From NCBI RefSeq assembly GCF_006345805.1, contig NW_021834364.1:13181-77180 (forward strand): a stretch of 64,000 nucleotides of DNA, given 5' to 3'. Positions within the stretch are counted from its first letter, which is position 1; each line of letters opens with the position of its first letter. The notes under the pieces are model-generated. The model was not told the origin of the DNA. It made no database searches and saw only the letters and a program-made list of their open reading frames with translations. Below are positions 1 to 13,261 of the stretch, in pieces. The stretch comes from Octopus sinensis (lineage: Eukaryota). The position numbers and the translations under genes were made by a program.

Positions 1-103
1 TGAAAATTGGTTTTATTAATGTCATGTGGATAAAACTCGTCATTTATAAACTTGCCTGATTGATTACATGCATGTTTGAAACACATGTCAAATTGTCATT
101 TAT

Positions 104-200
104 ATCATCGTGACCGACCAGGCTATCACATGTTGCTCCACATCGCTGGTCACAATGCGCTTCGCATTGTTTTAGCCTCCAGATGATGCCACCCCACCAC
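104..200. mobile_element. Interspersed repeat fragment (SINE-like family D); opposite-orientation copy at ~15290-15410
   Basis: gtgaccgaccaggctatcacatgttgctccacatcgctggtcacaatgcgcttcgcattgttttagcc is the reverse complement, with few substitutions, of the sequence at ~15320-15400. Confidence 0.65.
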
Positions 201-589
201 GAGTATTATAGTACTCGTGCGTTTTTAAATAGTAAAGAAAAGGGTAAGGTTAAGAAAAAAACCTGAGGTCTATAACAAACTCGCCAGTTGCTATCTGGGT
301 ACTTTGCTTTCAAATTTTAGATATGCATTGAGAAATTAAGGGATTATAGAAAAGGAGATATGTAGCAGTGGTTTGAGAGCTTGTTTTTAAACTTTAGATT
401 TTCAACAGAAGTTTGGGTGCTTTATTTTGAAATTTAAGTTGTTTGAAAGAGAACTGAGCATACAGATTTGAAAATTTTAGATAATCGGTATAAATTTGAG
501 CGACCTGATTTCAAACGCTCTGAGTTCAAAATAGTCAACAGAAGATTATAAATTCTATGTGGCAACCTAAGATATACAGAGAGAGATCT

Positions 590-971
590 GGAGGCGCAAT
601 GGCCCAGTGGTTAGGGCAGCGGACTCGCGGTCGTAGGATCGCGGTTTCGATTCCCAGACCGGGCGTTGTGAGTGTTTATTGAGCGAAAACACCTAAAGCT
701 CCACGAGGCTCCGGCAGGGATGGTGGTGATCCCTGCTGTACACTTTCACCACAACTTTCTCTCACTCTTACTTCCTGTTTCTGTTGTACCTGTATTTCAA
801 AGGGCCGGCCTTGTCACTCTCTGTGTCACGCTGAATATCCCCGAGAACTACGTTAAGGGTACACGTGTCTGTGGAGTGCTCAGCCACTTACACGTTAATT
901 TCACGAGCAGGCTGTTCCGTTGATCGGATCAACCGGAACCCTCATCGTCGTAACCGACGGAGTGCTTCCAC
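590..971 (+). mobile_element. tRNA-headed SINE, family A, full length
   Basis: Pol III A-box-like tggcccagtggttagg and B-box-like ggtttcgattccc. The same ~190-bp head recurs at 22534 and 25505. Probable TSD agagagat(c/a)t at 580-589 and 972-981. Confidence 0.85.
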
Positions 972-983
972 AGAGAGATATTT

Positions 984-1249
984 ATTGCAGCGTGGAAGGT
1001 GTTTGTAAGCCATTTAAGAAACACACAAAAGCCGTTCGATTCACTTCAACATTTAAGTTTAATTTGTCAAAATATTTTCGTCGCTTTAAGACCGCGACCT
1101 GTTCACTGACAAAAATCCGTGCTGCAGTGAACAGGTCGCGGTCTTAAAGCGACGAAAATATTTTGACAAATTAAACTTAAATGTAGAAGTGAATCGAAAG
1201 GCTTTTGTGTGTTTCTTAAATGGCTTACAAACACCTTCCACGCTGCAAT
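984..1249. mobile_element. Fold-back (palindromic) MITE-like element, 125-bp arms
   Basis: 984-1108 is the reverse complement of 1125-1249 with 2 mismatches seen; 16-nt loop. Confidence 0.85.
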
Positions 1250-1574
1250 TGATTTCGTTTCAGCACACGATCTCAGATCAGGTCATTTGCTATGCAAGTA
1301 CATCTCCGAGATATTTATTGTTCCCAAAATTTACAAACATTCTTCATTTTGGGCCTTTAATGTGGAAACTATTTCGTACTGTACACGCCATTCACTTGGA
1401 GAACGAATACACTAATCAAAATCCCCTTCACAATAAAGCTGGAGGCATCGAATCTGGATATGAATCAGTATAAATCAAATGTTCTGTTTATGCCGTTGCT
1501 GATGCTGTTAGTTCCAGTTCAGCTCTCATAAAACTTTAGGTTCTCATAGAAAACAATTTTGAGACTTTTGTCAT

Positions 1575-1750
1575 AGACGTTTAAGCTATGGTCATGACCA
1601 TCTTATTTATTTGCAGATGTAGTATATCTGCGATGTAGATGGAGTATCGTCCTCAAAATCATCTTGGATTTCTTTGGAGAATATGGTGTAATATGAGGAA
1701 TACTTGTCGGCTCTTTCTAGCAGGTCGAACGGCTACGTAGGGGGCTCCTG
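1575..1750 (+). mobile_element. Old interspersed repeat (family E); related copies ~50190-50350 and ~58905-59060
   Basis: Shared motifs (cag/tgg)ccgtgaccatc and ...tagcaggtcgaac...gtagrggctcc recur in three places, by eye. Confidence 0.45.
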
Positions 1751-1859
1751 CATATCAAGTGAAACTGTCCTTTAGCTATTACCGGTTCCACATGTATTTG
1801 AAGTCATTGACAATTCTATTTATAAATACAACTTAAGTGGTTACATGACAAAATGAATG

Positions 1860-2179
1860 TGTGTAATTGTGTGTAAATGTAGTGCGTGTTTGTGTTTGTA
1901 TGTATGTGTGTTTGTGTCTGTGTGCGCAGCGCATATATGTATGTATGTATATATGTATGTATGTATGTATGTATGTGTATATTATATATATATATATATA
2001 TAATATATATTATATATTTAACACATTACATATAATATGTAATGATATAATATAATATATATACATATACATATAAATATATATATACATATATATATAA
2101 TATATACACACATATATACATATACATACGTACAAATATTTAGATGTGCGTATGTGCGTTTGTGCGCGTGTGTGTGTGG

Positions 2180-2218
<39 letters not shown>

Positions 2219-2601
2219 TAGAGTGAATGCAGTATACAGTAGATATGTCATTGCGAGTGGACGCGCCTTTATTGGTGCAACAGGACATAATACTGAAAGT
2301 GTTTAGTTCCGAGCCACTCCTAAATTCTCACGCATACATACAACTATATATAATCACATACAGCTACACGCTCACACTTATCTACACAATGACATACAAC
2401 TATACAGCCACATACAACCACACACTGACATACGACCACTCACATACAAACATAGATGTACGCACGCACATACCTAAGATATACATAGATATACATACAC
2501 ATACATAGATATACATAAGCTCTCCGTACAAACAATTGCCCAAAACAAGTTTGAACGGTAAATTAAATATATAAAGAAATGTACAATAAACATATACATA
2601 C

Positions 2602-2632
<31 letters not shown>

Positions 2633-2634
2633 CA

Positions 2635-2667
<33 letters not shown>

Positions 2668-2754
2668 GTGTATGTACGTATGTATGCATGAATATATATG
2701 TATATGTATATATGTATATATATATATACATTCATACATAAACTCTCACACACA

Positions 2755-2792
<38 letters not shown>

Positions 2793-3030
2793 CATTTCAA
2801 CATTCTCTGGGCATGAAGGCGTCGCCCGGCAAGAATGACCTTGCCCGTAATAGCTATAAGTTAAGAACCGCCTTCACTTACATATATGCATATACATACG
2901 TATACATACACACACATACCTACCTACCTACCTACCTACATACATACATACATACATACATACATACATACATACATACGCATACGCATACATACATACA
3001 TACATACGCATAAGCATACATACAAGCACA
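1860..3030. repeat. Compound microsatellites (TG/TA/GA/TACA)n
   Basis: Directly visible; explains the YI/CV/HT-rich ORFs. Confidence 0.95.
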
Positions 3031-3304
3031 ATGTGAAACAGATCTTGGCAAGAAATATATACAGTTCTTAAAAATAGCGCAAAACTGTTACCCCATTCGG
3101 ACCAATGGTAAAATCTGGGCTCGTACTCTACTATACAAGCTTATTCAGTTACTTATATTAACACAGTAGTCACAAGGACTTGTAAATATCATATCTACAT
3201 GGCCTTTTTATTGAATTCCTGAGTTTGTCTTGGGCAAAATGGTAAAATATAGGAGTATATTTAATTTCAGTATAGCTAAGCCAATGCTCATTGAACTGTT
3301 TAAC

Positions 3305-3524
3305 TACGCGGGGTTGCCGAAAATTCCCTGGCTTTGGGTAAAAGAAAATACAGGAGGATCAGTTAATTATGATTTTATTCAATATATTCCCCTCTCAGGT
3401 TTACATATTCATTGTAGTGGTCCTTCAAATTTTCTGAGCTCTATAAAAGATCAAGTAGGTTGGGCCTCAAAACCAGGCCTCTTGCGATACCCTTAAAGCT
3501 AGGAAATTTTCAGCATTCCTCGTA
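3305..3524. mobile_element. Non-autonomous mariner-type MITE
   Basis: TA-flanked ~30-bp imperfect TIRs (tacgcggggttgccgaaaattccctggcttt / aaagctaggaaattttcagcattcctcgta); second, internally deleted copy at 40527-40696. Confidence 0.75.
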
Positions 3525-4429
3525 TATTACGACCTATAAGTAAATCCATAGTGAACGACGTCTCCAGAACCTTTGAAAAGCCTGTCAGTAGAGGGAATGA
3601 CTACTTTTGATAAATACTATCTACAAAAATCAATGTTAATAATTTCCACATGTAATACAATAGAATATAATACACATAGAGAAGAAACAAAAGAGAAATG
3701 TAATCTCAAGATGTCTAAAGACCAATATCTCTAAAGTTCAGATAACATCAACATTACAGCTGACCCACAAGTAGAAAGTTTAAAGGGAAAAAAGGCGGCG
3801 GGGATCAACTCTCATACAAACAGACAATTGATCAATAAATAAGTAACATTTTATTTTAAACTGACAGGATTAAAGTTGAATGTAACTCATAAATATATGA
3901 CAAACATCTGAGGAAGAAAGAAAGAAAGAGAGGGGGAAAATAGACGAGACTTATTAAATCATGCCACTAACTATTATTCAAGAGATGCATCGGAAGAGTG
4001 TCAACAACCATGGTCGGTTCGTAGTTGACAATAGTATTAAAAATAAACGAAAATAAATATACTATCGCTTAAACAGCCTATGATCTTCTGCACATCATTT
4101 TGGGTAAGCATTATCACACTGAGTGAAATGGCAAGGTAATCTAACGAAGGACTTATTTAGATAATCACCCGAGGAGGCGCTTATTATACCTTGCATGTAA
4201 GACAATGAATACCCAACAGTCCCCAATGTACTAAACATGTAAGAATGTATCGAAACAATTGTAGTGTTTTTAGACAGAGGATGTCGTTAACTCTATTTTA
4301 TATTTAGTAGAACGAAGAGAGTGACTCAAGAGCCGAGAGTTTCGTACGTTGGCACTCTGTTGCATCTACTAGATTATAAAAATATGCATATACTCATTGT
4401 TGAGTTCTAGTAGTTCTGCTTTTTGCATC

Positions 4430-4437
4430 ACCATACC

Positions 4438-4506
<69 letters not shown>

Positions 4507-4665
4507 GCGTATATATATATATACACACACATACATACATATATATATATATATGTATATATATAATGTATGTATGTATGGTATATATATATACGCATAT
4601 ATATATATAATATATAATATTATATATATATTATATATGTATATATATATATATATTATTATTAT

Positions 4666-4711
<46 letters not shown>

Positions 4712-4730
4712 CACACATACATAATATATA
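4430..4730. repeat. (TA)n-rich microsatellite
   Basis: Directly visible. Confidence 0.95.
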
Positions 4731-4890
4731 GGAGTGGCTAAGTGGTAAGTAGCTGGCTTGCCAACCACATGGTTCCAGGTTCAGTCTCAGTGCGTGGCAC
4801 CTTGGGCAGTTGTCTTCTACTTAGCATCGAGCCGACCAAAGCCTTGTGAATGGATTTGGTAGACGGAAACTGAAAGAAGCCCGTCGTATA
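4731..4890 (+). mobile_element. SINE family B (tRNA head plus CORE-like segment), 5' part
   Basis: gagtggct..gtggtaagtagc...ggttcagtc...gcgtggcaccttgggca; tggcaccttgggcaagtg resembles the start of the CORE-SINE domain. Confidence 0.8.
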
Positions 4891-4909
4891 TATATACATA
4901 CATACTACA

Positions 4910-4950
<41 letters not shown>

Positions 4951-6539
4951 ATATATATATATATATATTATATATATATATATATATATATTATAGATAT
5001 ATATGTTTGCATGTATGCGTGTGTGTATATATATGTAGATATATTCGATTTCATCGAAATATGTGTACTAACAAGGATACATTAATTAGTACAATGTATA
5101 GTTTTTCGAAGAAATAAAAGCTCGAAACAAATCTAGGTAGGTATATAGGTAGACCCTTTGTGGAATACCTATCGGGTTATGTTTGAAAATAAGCTGGTAG
5201 ATCTTTAGTGAAATAGAAAGCAAATATTTGGGGAGATAAGTTGATAGGTAAGTATTTACAGAGACATACTTCCGGTCGAAACCTTTATTAAACAACATAT
5301 GTTTGTGTGTGTATTAGTATATGTATATTTATATATGTATCATGTACGCGTGTTTTATATATGTATATATGTATTTTTACTTTATATTTTGCTGGTTATA
5401 TATGCGTGTATATTTGTAAAATCCCATCGAAGGTAGCCCAAACTATTCCTACGGGATAGGTTGAAAAGGAAAAACACCATTCAAACAGTAGGGTCTATTA
5501 CATTAAAGGATATTTAAACAACTGTAACTACATATTAACAAGGTGTATCCACACAGGTTTAAAGTTTCATAGAGACGTCTATAAGAAAACCGTTGTTGTA
5601 GTATTTTAAATTCAACTTAGGTTTCTAATTCGCGCTAAGCTGAGCTTAAAATATTTATTTATTGCTTGGTCATGCAGCTAACTAACGCGTGATATGTAAA
5701 TAAGCTAAGTTCTGATTTGTGTTTCATGCTTTAAATAGCGTTAAATTATAAGATCTGTTGTTGAACTGAGATTGAGGGATATTTGTCTTTTGATGAAACG
5801 GTCAACGAATCATGAAACACATCAGAACAATCTCCTCTATTTCTCTGTGTGCAAAGAGAATAACAAGGTATATTTACTTTTGTTGAAAATATCACAGCGA
5901 AAGATTTTTCTAATGCGGTAGATTTAACTACATTAAATTTATCTTAGGTTTCTTAACCACCCTTTATCTTACGCACATATGCGCACACGCACACATACAG
6001 CAATTAAAATGTAATATGTACTAATAACATTAGCCCTTTTGCTTGTCCGAAGCTTGTTAATAAGTTTCTCCTAAACGTTTTCAGCTCCCAATCTCGATGT
6101 TTTCAGACGTTTTCAGACTTTTAGTTAGCCCAGGTTTTATAAGTGGTCGGAAACAAATGGAGAATGTATATCATATACGATGTACGGATGCCAGGGATAT
6201 ATGTCTTGTGTATCACATATGATACACAGGATAGACAAAAGGTTAAGAACAACAGAATTCAGTACATACATAGAGTAAATATTAATCATCGAGATTGGGA
6301 GGTGGAAAATCTCATAGTGAGCATTGGTTTCACCCTAGACCGGAAATTTTCAGATTGTCCTGATCAATGTGAGGTATCGAACTATCCAATTCAGATGCCA
6401 ATAATAATGCAATCCCTCCTAATATTTTTGTTCTACATCGTGTTATAGACTCTCCTTTCTCGTTTTAGTTCTCAGGAAATGCATTGAGCCACTGATTTGC
6501 GCTTTGGTAAATGTGCTATATAGTATAATATTATATTAT

Positions 6540-6784
6540 ATTATATAATATCATGAAATACATAAACACACACACACACAGACACACACGTGCACATTCG
6601 CATATGTAAACAAACACGTCAATTACAAACTCGCACATATGCACGCATTACGCATACACATTACACATTTATACATATATGCCCTCATGTGTATGTGTGT
6701 ATATATGTAAGTACACATCTAATAATCTATCTATCTATCTATTTATGTTTGGTGTGTATCTCTCTCGCTATATATGTATGTATT

Positions 6785-6832
<48 letters not shown>

Positions 6833-7165
6833 TACACACATATATATATACATATATATACATATATATATACATATATCCATACATACATACATATACA
6901 TACATATGCATACATATATATCCATATATATATTGCATACATACATATATATATATATATATACATACATACATATATATACATACACACACACACACCA
7001 AACACTCACACACACACACACACACCACACACCACACACATTATATATATATATATATATATATTGTTATATATATATATATATATATTATAATATATAT
7101 AATATATATATATATAATATATATATATTATATAATATATATATATAATATATATATATGCATGT
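6540..7165. repeat. Compound (TA/CA/TATC)n microsatellite
   Basis: Directly visible. Confidence 0.95.
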
Positions 7166-7294
7166 ATGAATGCGCTATGCTTTTTAATTTGCTGTCACGT
7201 TCGCAACAGGTTTAGGTTTACTAGCATTCCCGTTGCTAATCGATTTTGGCAAAAAGAGACCGACAAAATAATTATTAGACTTTAAAAAAAATTA

Positions 7295-7335
<41 letters not shown>

Positions 7336-7336
7336 G

Positions 7337-7600
7337 CGAACAGTAAATGTCGTGCCTATGATAATTGGTGCGTTGGGAACAGTAAGCAAAGATATCGACA
7401 AACAGCTGAAGGAGATTGAAATAGATTGCCCGGTAAGGCTCCTACAGAAAGTTTGTCTCTTAGCGACAGCATGGATTACCAGGAGGGCTCTAAGCATTTG
7501 AAAGACTGCTGAAAACTTGTGGCTACCTCGGGTTGCAGGTAGTAACCCGCTACCCACTAATTCCTACCAGGAATATGACGAAACCTGAGCGACTTTCTTT
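7337..7600 (+). mobile_element. 3' fragment of an RLE-type non-LTR retrotransposon (R4/Dong-like), ORF end plus 3' UTR
   Basis: 7337-7501 reads RTVNVVPMIIGALGTVSKDIDKQLKEIEIDCPVRLLQKVCLLATAWITRRALSI*, matching the R4-clade C-terminus (VIPIVIGALG...LQK..LLGTARILRRVL). Confidence 0.8.
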
Positions 7601-7849
7601 GTACGTGAAGTTGTTCAGGTTAGGTGAACATTTTAAGCCTTTTGGGGGCATAGGTTTGAACCAGTACGACACAAGTCTTCGTTGGAGTTTATCTGAAATA
7701 CTATAATTGTAAATACCCGACTCTGTTCTAAATATTGGCTTCAAATTTTGGGATAAGGTCAGAAATTTTATGGGTGTGAAAAAGTATTCTTTACCATCGT
7801 TTCCCTAGTTTCACTGGTATATTTTATTTTATCGACCCCGGATATTGAG

Positions 7850-7892
7850 TGGTCAAGCAATGCTAGGGGGACAAACACAGACACAGAACACA

Positions 7893-7932
<40 letters not shown>

Positions 7933-8118
7933 TATATATATATACATATATACGACGGGCTTCTTTCAGTTTCTGTCTACCAAATCCACTCACAAGGCTT
8001 TGGTCGGCCCGAGGCTATAGTAGAAGACACTTGCCCAAGGTGCCACGCAGTGGGACTGAACCCGGAACCATGTGGTTGGTAAACAAGCTACTTACCACAC
8101 AGCCACTCCTGCGCCTAT
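7850..8118 (-). mobile_element. SINE family B
   Basis: Reverse complement of the family B head, with the internal (TG/TA)n tract. Confidence 0.9.
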
Positions 8119-8918
8119 AAATAAAAAAAAAATATATATGTATATATATAAAGAGAGAGAGGGAGTTAGAGAAAGAGAAATAGACAGAGATGAGTGTGTG
8201 TGCGCATGTGTGTGCGTTTGTGCGAGTGTGTGGGGGATAGCATAGCGCTACTTGGAGTTAGAACTCAATACGCGTATGCTTTAGAATAAAGCGATCGGTG
8301 AGTACAGAGTGTAATATGAATTAATTGAATGACAAGGGAACAGAAATTACGCATTCAACTCCATTAGCTTACAGTTGATTCTGCTATAAGGACCAATGCG
8401 CTCAAAGCTGAACGCTTGTGCATAATCTTATAGCTTCCTCGAAGCCTTTAAAATGAAGTCTATGTTTGTTTCGAAAAGCATCTCATTACATAGGAAATGA
8501 CACCTTCGAAACGATAAGTATACATATATAATGGCTGTCCACTCGTTAAACCAATATGACTATCACTGATCGTATGTACGAAATTTGAGTCTAAAACCGT
8601 CAGCATAATATTGCAAGGACTGTCTTCATCAAAGCAAAAAATTTCATATCACGGATTTTATAAACAGAGTAACACTTTACTATAAATACACTATAACGTA
8701 AATTTGCAAAGGAATGTCTTACTCCCAGTAGTTACACAGCGCATCGGAGACCAACCCAGAAGTTCAAAGTTCCGCATATGACTAGATAATCGTTGATTCT
8801 TTTCTGGGGTTCAAATGTACTTTTATAAGGTATAATTGTCTTTGTCCAGCAGCACTTCTAATAAAGTCCCTCGCCAGAGGCAGGGTATGGTCTGCGTGAA
8901 CATGATGGAATAGATTAC

Positions 8919-8960
<42 letters not shown>

Positions 8961-9112
8961 ACACACCACACACACACACACCAGAATAAGCACATAAATG
9001 TGAAACAAGGGGGAAAAAATAGAATTCGAATACCGGAGATATAGTAATACGCTTTATTAAAACTGCAAAAGCATCACAAATGTATGTATTATTATGTATG
9101 TATGTATGTATG

Positions 9113-9143
<31 letters not shown>

Positions 9144-9398
9144 GTATGTATGTATGTAGGTTGAATATATATTTCTATGTATGTATGTGTATACATATAT
9201 GTGTGTTGTATGTGTGTGTGTGGAATATATGTACGTAATGGTTGGAAAAGGGTAGTGTTTTGTGAAAAGTAGTTACCAAGCTAGTGTTCAGCTATATATA
9301 AAGTTCAACGCAAGTGACTTAAGTGAAATTCTAGGCCACTGATCAGTTTTGTAGCTTCACAGCTATGTATATATATATATATATATATATATACGTAC

Positions 9399-9585
<187 letters not shown>

Positions 9586-10239
9586 TATATATATATATAT
9601 AGATTATATAATATATATATATATCTATATAATATATATATTACTATACACACAGATATATATATATAATACATATATACATACACATACACACCACATA
9701 CACACATCATATATGTTGCTAATATTACTATTATTATTATTGTTGTTGCCATTTTTGTTGTTGTCGCTGTTTTTGTAGTTGTTTTTTGTTGTTTTTTTTT
9801 GTTGCTGTTCCATTTTGTCGGGTCGGACATATTTTCAAGTCTTGTGAGGTAACGTACAAAGTCCAAGTGTTACACATGGAAAAGTACAAGCCAGTAGAGG
9901 ATTTTCTGTTCGTTGGAGCAGAAAAGGTAGAGACCCTCTGTTGGTGCACTTAGCTGTGTTTTCAGCGGAAGCCAAAATACAAGGTCCCGGAAGCTACGAT
10001 TTCCATAACCTCGACATTTCCAGTTTCAAGCTAGTAACCTATGACCAGATCTCTCCCACCTCCATCGTTTTGTGAAGATCGGCAGGAGGTGGAGGTTGGA
10101 CAGGGATCACTATCTGTCGAGGATAGTGCAAAAAACGAAATTGGAAGAGTATTTCGAATAGCCAATATATGATTATTAGACGAATGTCATGGTCGTAAGC
10201 CGCTTGACGTGCCCAAGACACTTCTTCCTGTTTAGTATT

Positions 10240-10470
10240 TCTTCTATGTTGCTGTCGTTGGTGACTTGAAAGGTCAATCCCAGCGTGAAACAGGCGGGAA
10301 CAAAGATGGCAAGGAAGTGTTGGCGGTAGGCGTGGTTGTTGTTGCATCTTGAATAAAGAAGAGATAAAGTATGGAATAAAAGATGGGCTCTTATCCATGC
10401 TGATTAAAACCGTTCTGAAAGTCTATGAAGAGTAATACCTTAGCGTTCAAAATGACGGAAGACTTTTCTC
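10240..10470 (-). mobile_element. Probable decayed RTE-clade LINE remnant with a C-terminal C2H2 finger
   Basis: PCHLCSRLFHAGIDLSSHQRQQH fits C-x2-C-x3-F-x5-L-x2-H-x4-H; just upstream is a frameshifted VLLFIDFQNGFN(S)MDK resembling the RT motif FIDFxKAFDS. Confidence 0.45.
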
Positions 10471-10572
10471 ACCTAATCCGATGTTTTATAATCTCTTTTT
10501 CTATCCTATAGAAACACAGAGATTTAGAAACATGTTTATTGATATGGATATATATATATATATATATATAAT

Positions 10573-10624
<52 letters not shown>

Positions 10625-10625
10625 A

Positions 10626-11405
10626 AAGTACAAGAGACACAGAGAAGAAGTTCAACTCAGCAGACTACGATTAGTGTATAATATATATAATATATATATA
10701 TATATATATACGGATTTAATATGATAAAGTTGTCTTAAACATATATTAATACATTCGGAATATAAAGATACAGAAATTTAAAACCATATGAATGTTAAAA
10801 ATATGCAAGGATTAATAAATATATAGATATATAAACATAATCGAGTATAGAAATATAGATAAGAATAATGAAATAAAGAAAGACATTTCTTTTAAAAATT
10901 CAAATTAAATTATGGAATGGAGGGAGTAATAGATGTTTAAAAAGTAATAGATGTTTAAAAAGAGATTTGGGTACCATATTTAAAGGAAATGAATTATTCC
11001 GGCGATCGATTCGAGAGTTCATTCAAAGAGTACATGTGAATTAAGAGTACATGTGAATTACGATTCACATGTACTTTTTGGATGAACTCTAGAAACGATC
11101 GACGGAATACTACATTTCCTTTAAATATGGCACCGAAAACTATTTTTTAAACATCTATTTAAAGAAATGTCTTTCCATATTTCATTATTCTTATCTATAT
11201 TTTTATCTATACTTTATGTTTTTATATCTATATATTTGTTTGTCCTTGCATATTTTTAAAGTTCATAGATTTTGATATTTCTATATCTTTATATTTCGAA
11301 TGTATTAATATATGTTTTAGAAAACTCTTTCATATTAAAACCGTATATGTATATGCTAATCGTAGTCTGCCTGAGTTGAACCTCTTCTCTGTATCTCTTG
11401 TACTT
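10626..11405. repeat. ~780-bp imperfect palindrome (fold-back element)
   Basis: Arms align as reverse complements from aagtacaagag (10626) to ctcttgtactt (11405); centre gtacatgtgaat-tacg-attcacatgtac near 11060. Confidence 0.85.
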
Positions 11406-11963
11406 GTCTAGCGTCTCGGGGTTGACTCGAGCACTTCCATGCTTTCTATGCTTTTCTGAAGGAAACCTTATAATTATGTATGCACATATATATATATATA
11501 GTTCATAGATGAGAATCAGATATTCTCTGTATAGAATACACTTAATTGTGAATTAAACTTGAGCAGGTATAGAAAGAAATGTAGGGATAAGCAAGTTAGA
11601 GAGATCACTATATGAAGTTTTATTATATTTATACATGAAATACAAAAAAATGTATAAATGTTTACATACAAAATGGTCCGATTTACACAGAATGCAAATG
11701 ATAGAGAATACAAATGTTATGGAGGGTTAAAAGGGGCTGAAGAAAAGTATTACAAATCCAACAGCTGTTTCTGGAAGCTCGATGGACCAAAATAAGTTCG
11801 TAGATTGATTCCATCATAGGATCAGACGAGCCTGCAACTTCAGTGAAGAGATCTTACATTTCAGGTGTTAAAGGAAAGTTCTTTCCTTTTTCTAATATAA
11901 TATATGATTGAATATGTATATATACGTATGTATGTCTATGTATGTATGAAGTATATATATATA

Positions 11964-12420
11964 CGACAGGCTTCTTTCAGTTTCCCCCTAGCAAATCTAC
12001 TCACAAGATGCCACTCAGTGGGACTGAACTCGGAACCATGTTGGTACCACACAGCCACTCCTAAGCCTACACACACACACCACACACACACACATATATA
12101 TATATATATACACACATACATGCGTGCATACATGTTCTTTCACTCTTTTTCTTGTTTCATTCATTAGACTGTAGCCATACTGGAGCACCGCTTTGAAGGG
12201 TTTTAGTCGGACAAATCGACTTATATTTTATAAAGCCTAGTACTTATTGTATTGGTCTCTTTTGCTAAACCACTAAGTTACAGGGACGTAAACACACCAA
12301 CACCGGTTGTCAAGAGGAGATGTGGGACAAACACAGGCACAAAGACAAACAGTGGGACTGAACCCTGAACCCTGTGGTTGAGAAGTAAGCTTCTTACCAC
12401 ATAGCCACACCTACGCGTAT
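11964..12420 (-). mobile_element. Two fragments of SINE family B (11964-12062 and ~12145-12420)
   Basis: Family B motifs on the minus strand (cttctttcagtttcc, gtgggactgaac, ggagcaccgc, aagcctagtacttatt). Confidence 0.8.
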
Positions 12421-13261
12421 ATATACGTGTAAGCACGAAAAGTAGAATTTTGTATAATAAATAAAAAGCGGTGTGTCAATATGTTCGGTCGATCGACCGA
12501 AGGCGGTGTTCTTGCAACCAAAAGAAAAACTGACGTAGATCCCCCACCACTATATCTATCTATCTATCTATCTCTATATATATAATTATACACATATATA
12601 TTCATTTATTTATGCTATGCTGTTGCCTCTCTCCTTCTGTTTACAACGCCTCTCCAGAAACGAACTTGGTAGTAGCGATTGTAGACTGATGCTGCATGAC
12701 TCTGTTTACCTTCTGCCTTCTCCCCTTACTCTCCGTCTTGCACCTCCTCCTCTTCCTTCTCCTCCATCTCGCAACCTCGCCTCTTCTACCTTCTTACCGT
12801 TTGTCCTTATTCTCTTCGACCAGTCTATGCTGTAACTATTACCGCCATGAATATTCCACTGTAATAAACCTTTACCGCCATCACCTCCTGCTCCAGTATC
12901 ATCACAACTCCCACTACCACAACCGAAACTACTTTATCACACTGACGACGAAATTCTCGGCGACGCGACGGTTCGACTGCTAGAAATGACAGCCAAATTC
13001 CCCCAACCAAAGATGAAAAAAATAAATAGATAAAAGAAAATAAGAGCATATTGGACAATGCAGTCTAGGATTCTTCCATAAAAAGATCCAGTATGTTTCT
13101 TGTTCTCTTCTATTAGAATTAACTTTGGTATTCTTATAATTTCTTTGGTACTAAAGTATAAATGGTGTTGCTCTCTCCCCCACTTATATGAATTCATACA
13201 CATTCAGGCATACATACAAACACGCATAAATACATACATACGAGCATAAAGCATGTATACA

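Noticed and set aside
590-665. tRNA-like sequence, possible tRNA gene
   Set aside because: A/B boxes are present but there is no complete cloverleaf; it continues into a SINE body and is multi-copy
2814-2876. Small two-stem structure (tgaaggcg/cgccttca with inner ggcaag/cttgcc)
   Set aside because: 8-bp and 6-bp stems can arise by chance; no sno/tRNA boxes
5240-5254. Strong donor gatag|gtaagt as a possible first exon
   Set aside because: In-frame stop three codons upstream and no ATG; lies in degenerate tetranucleotide sequence
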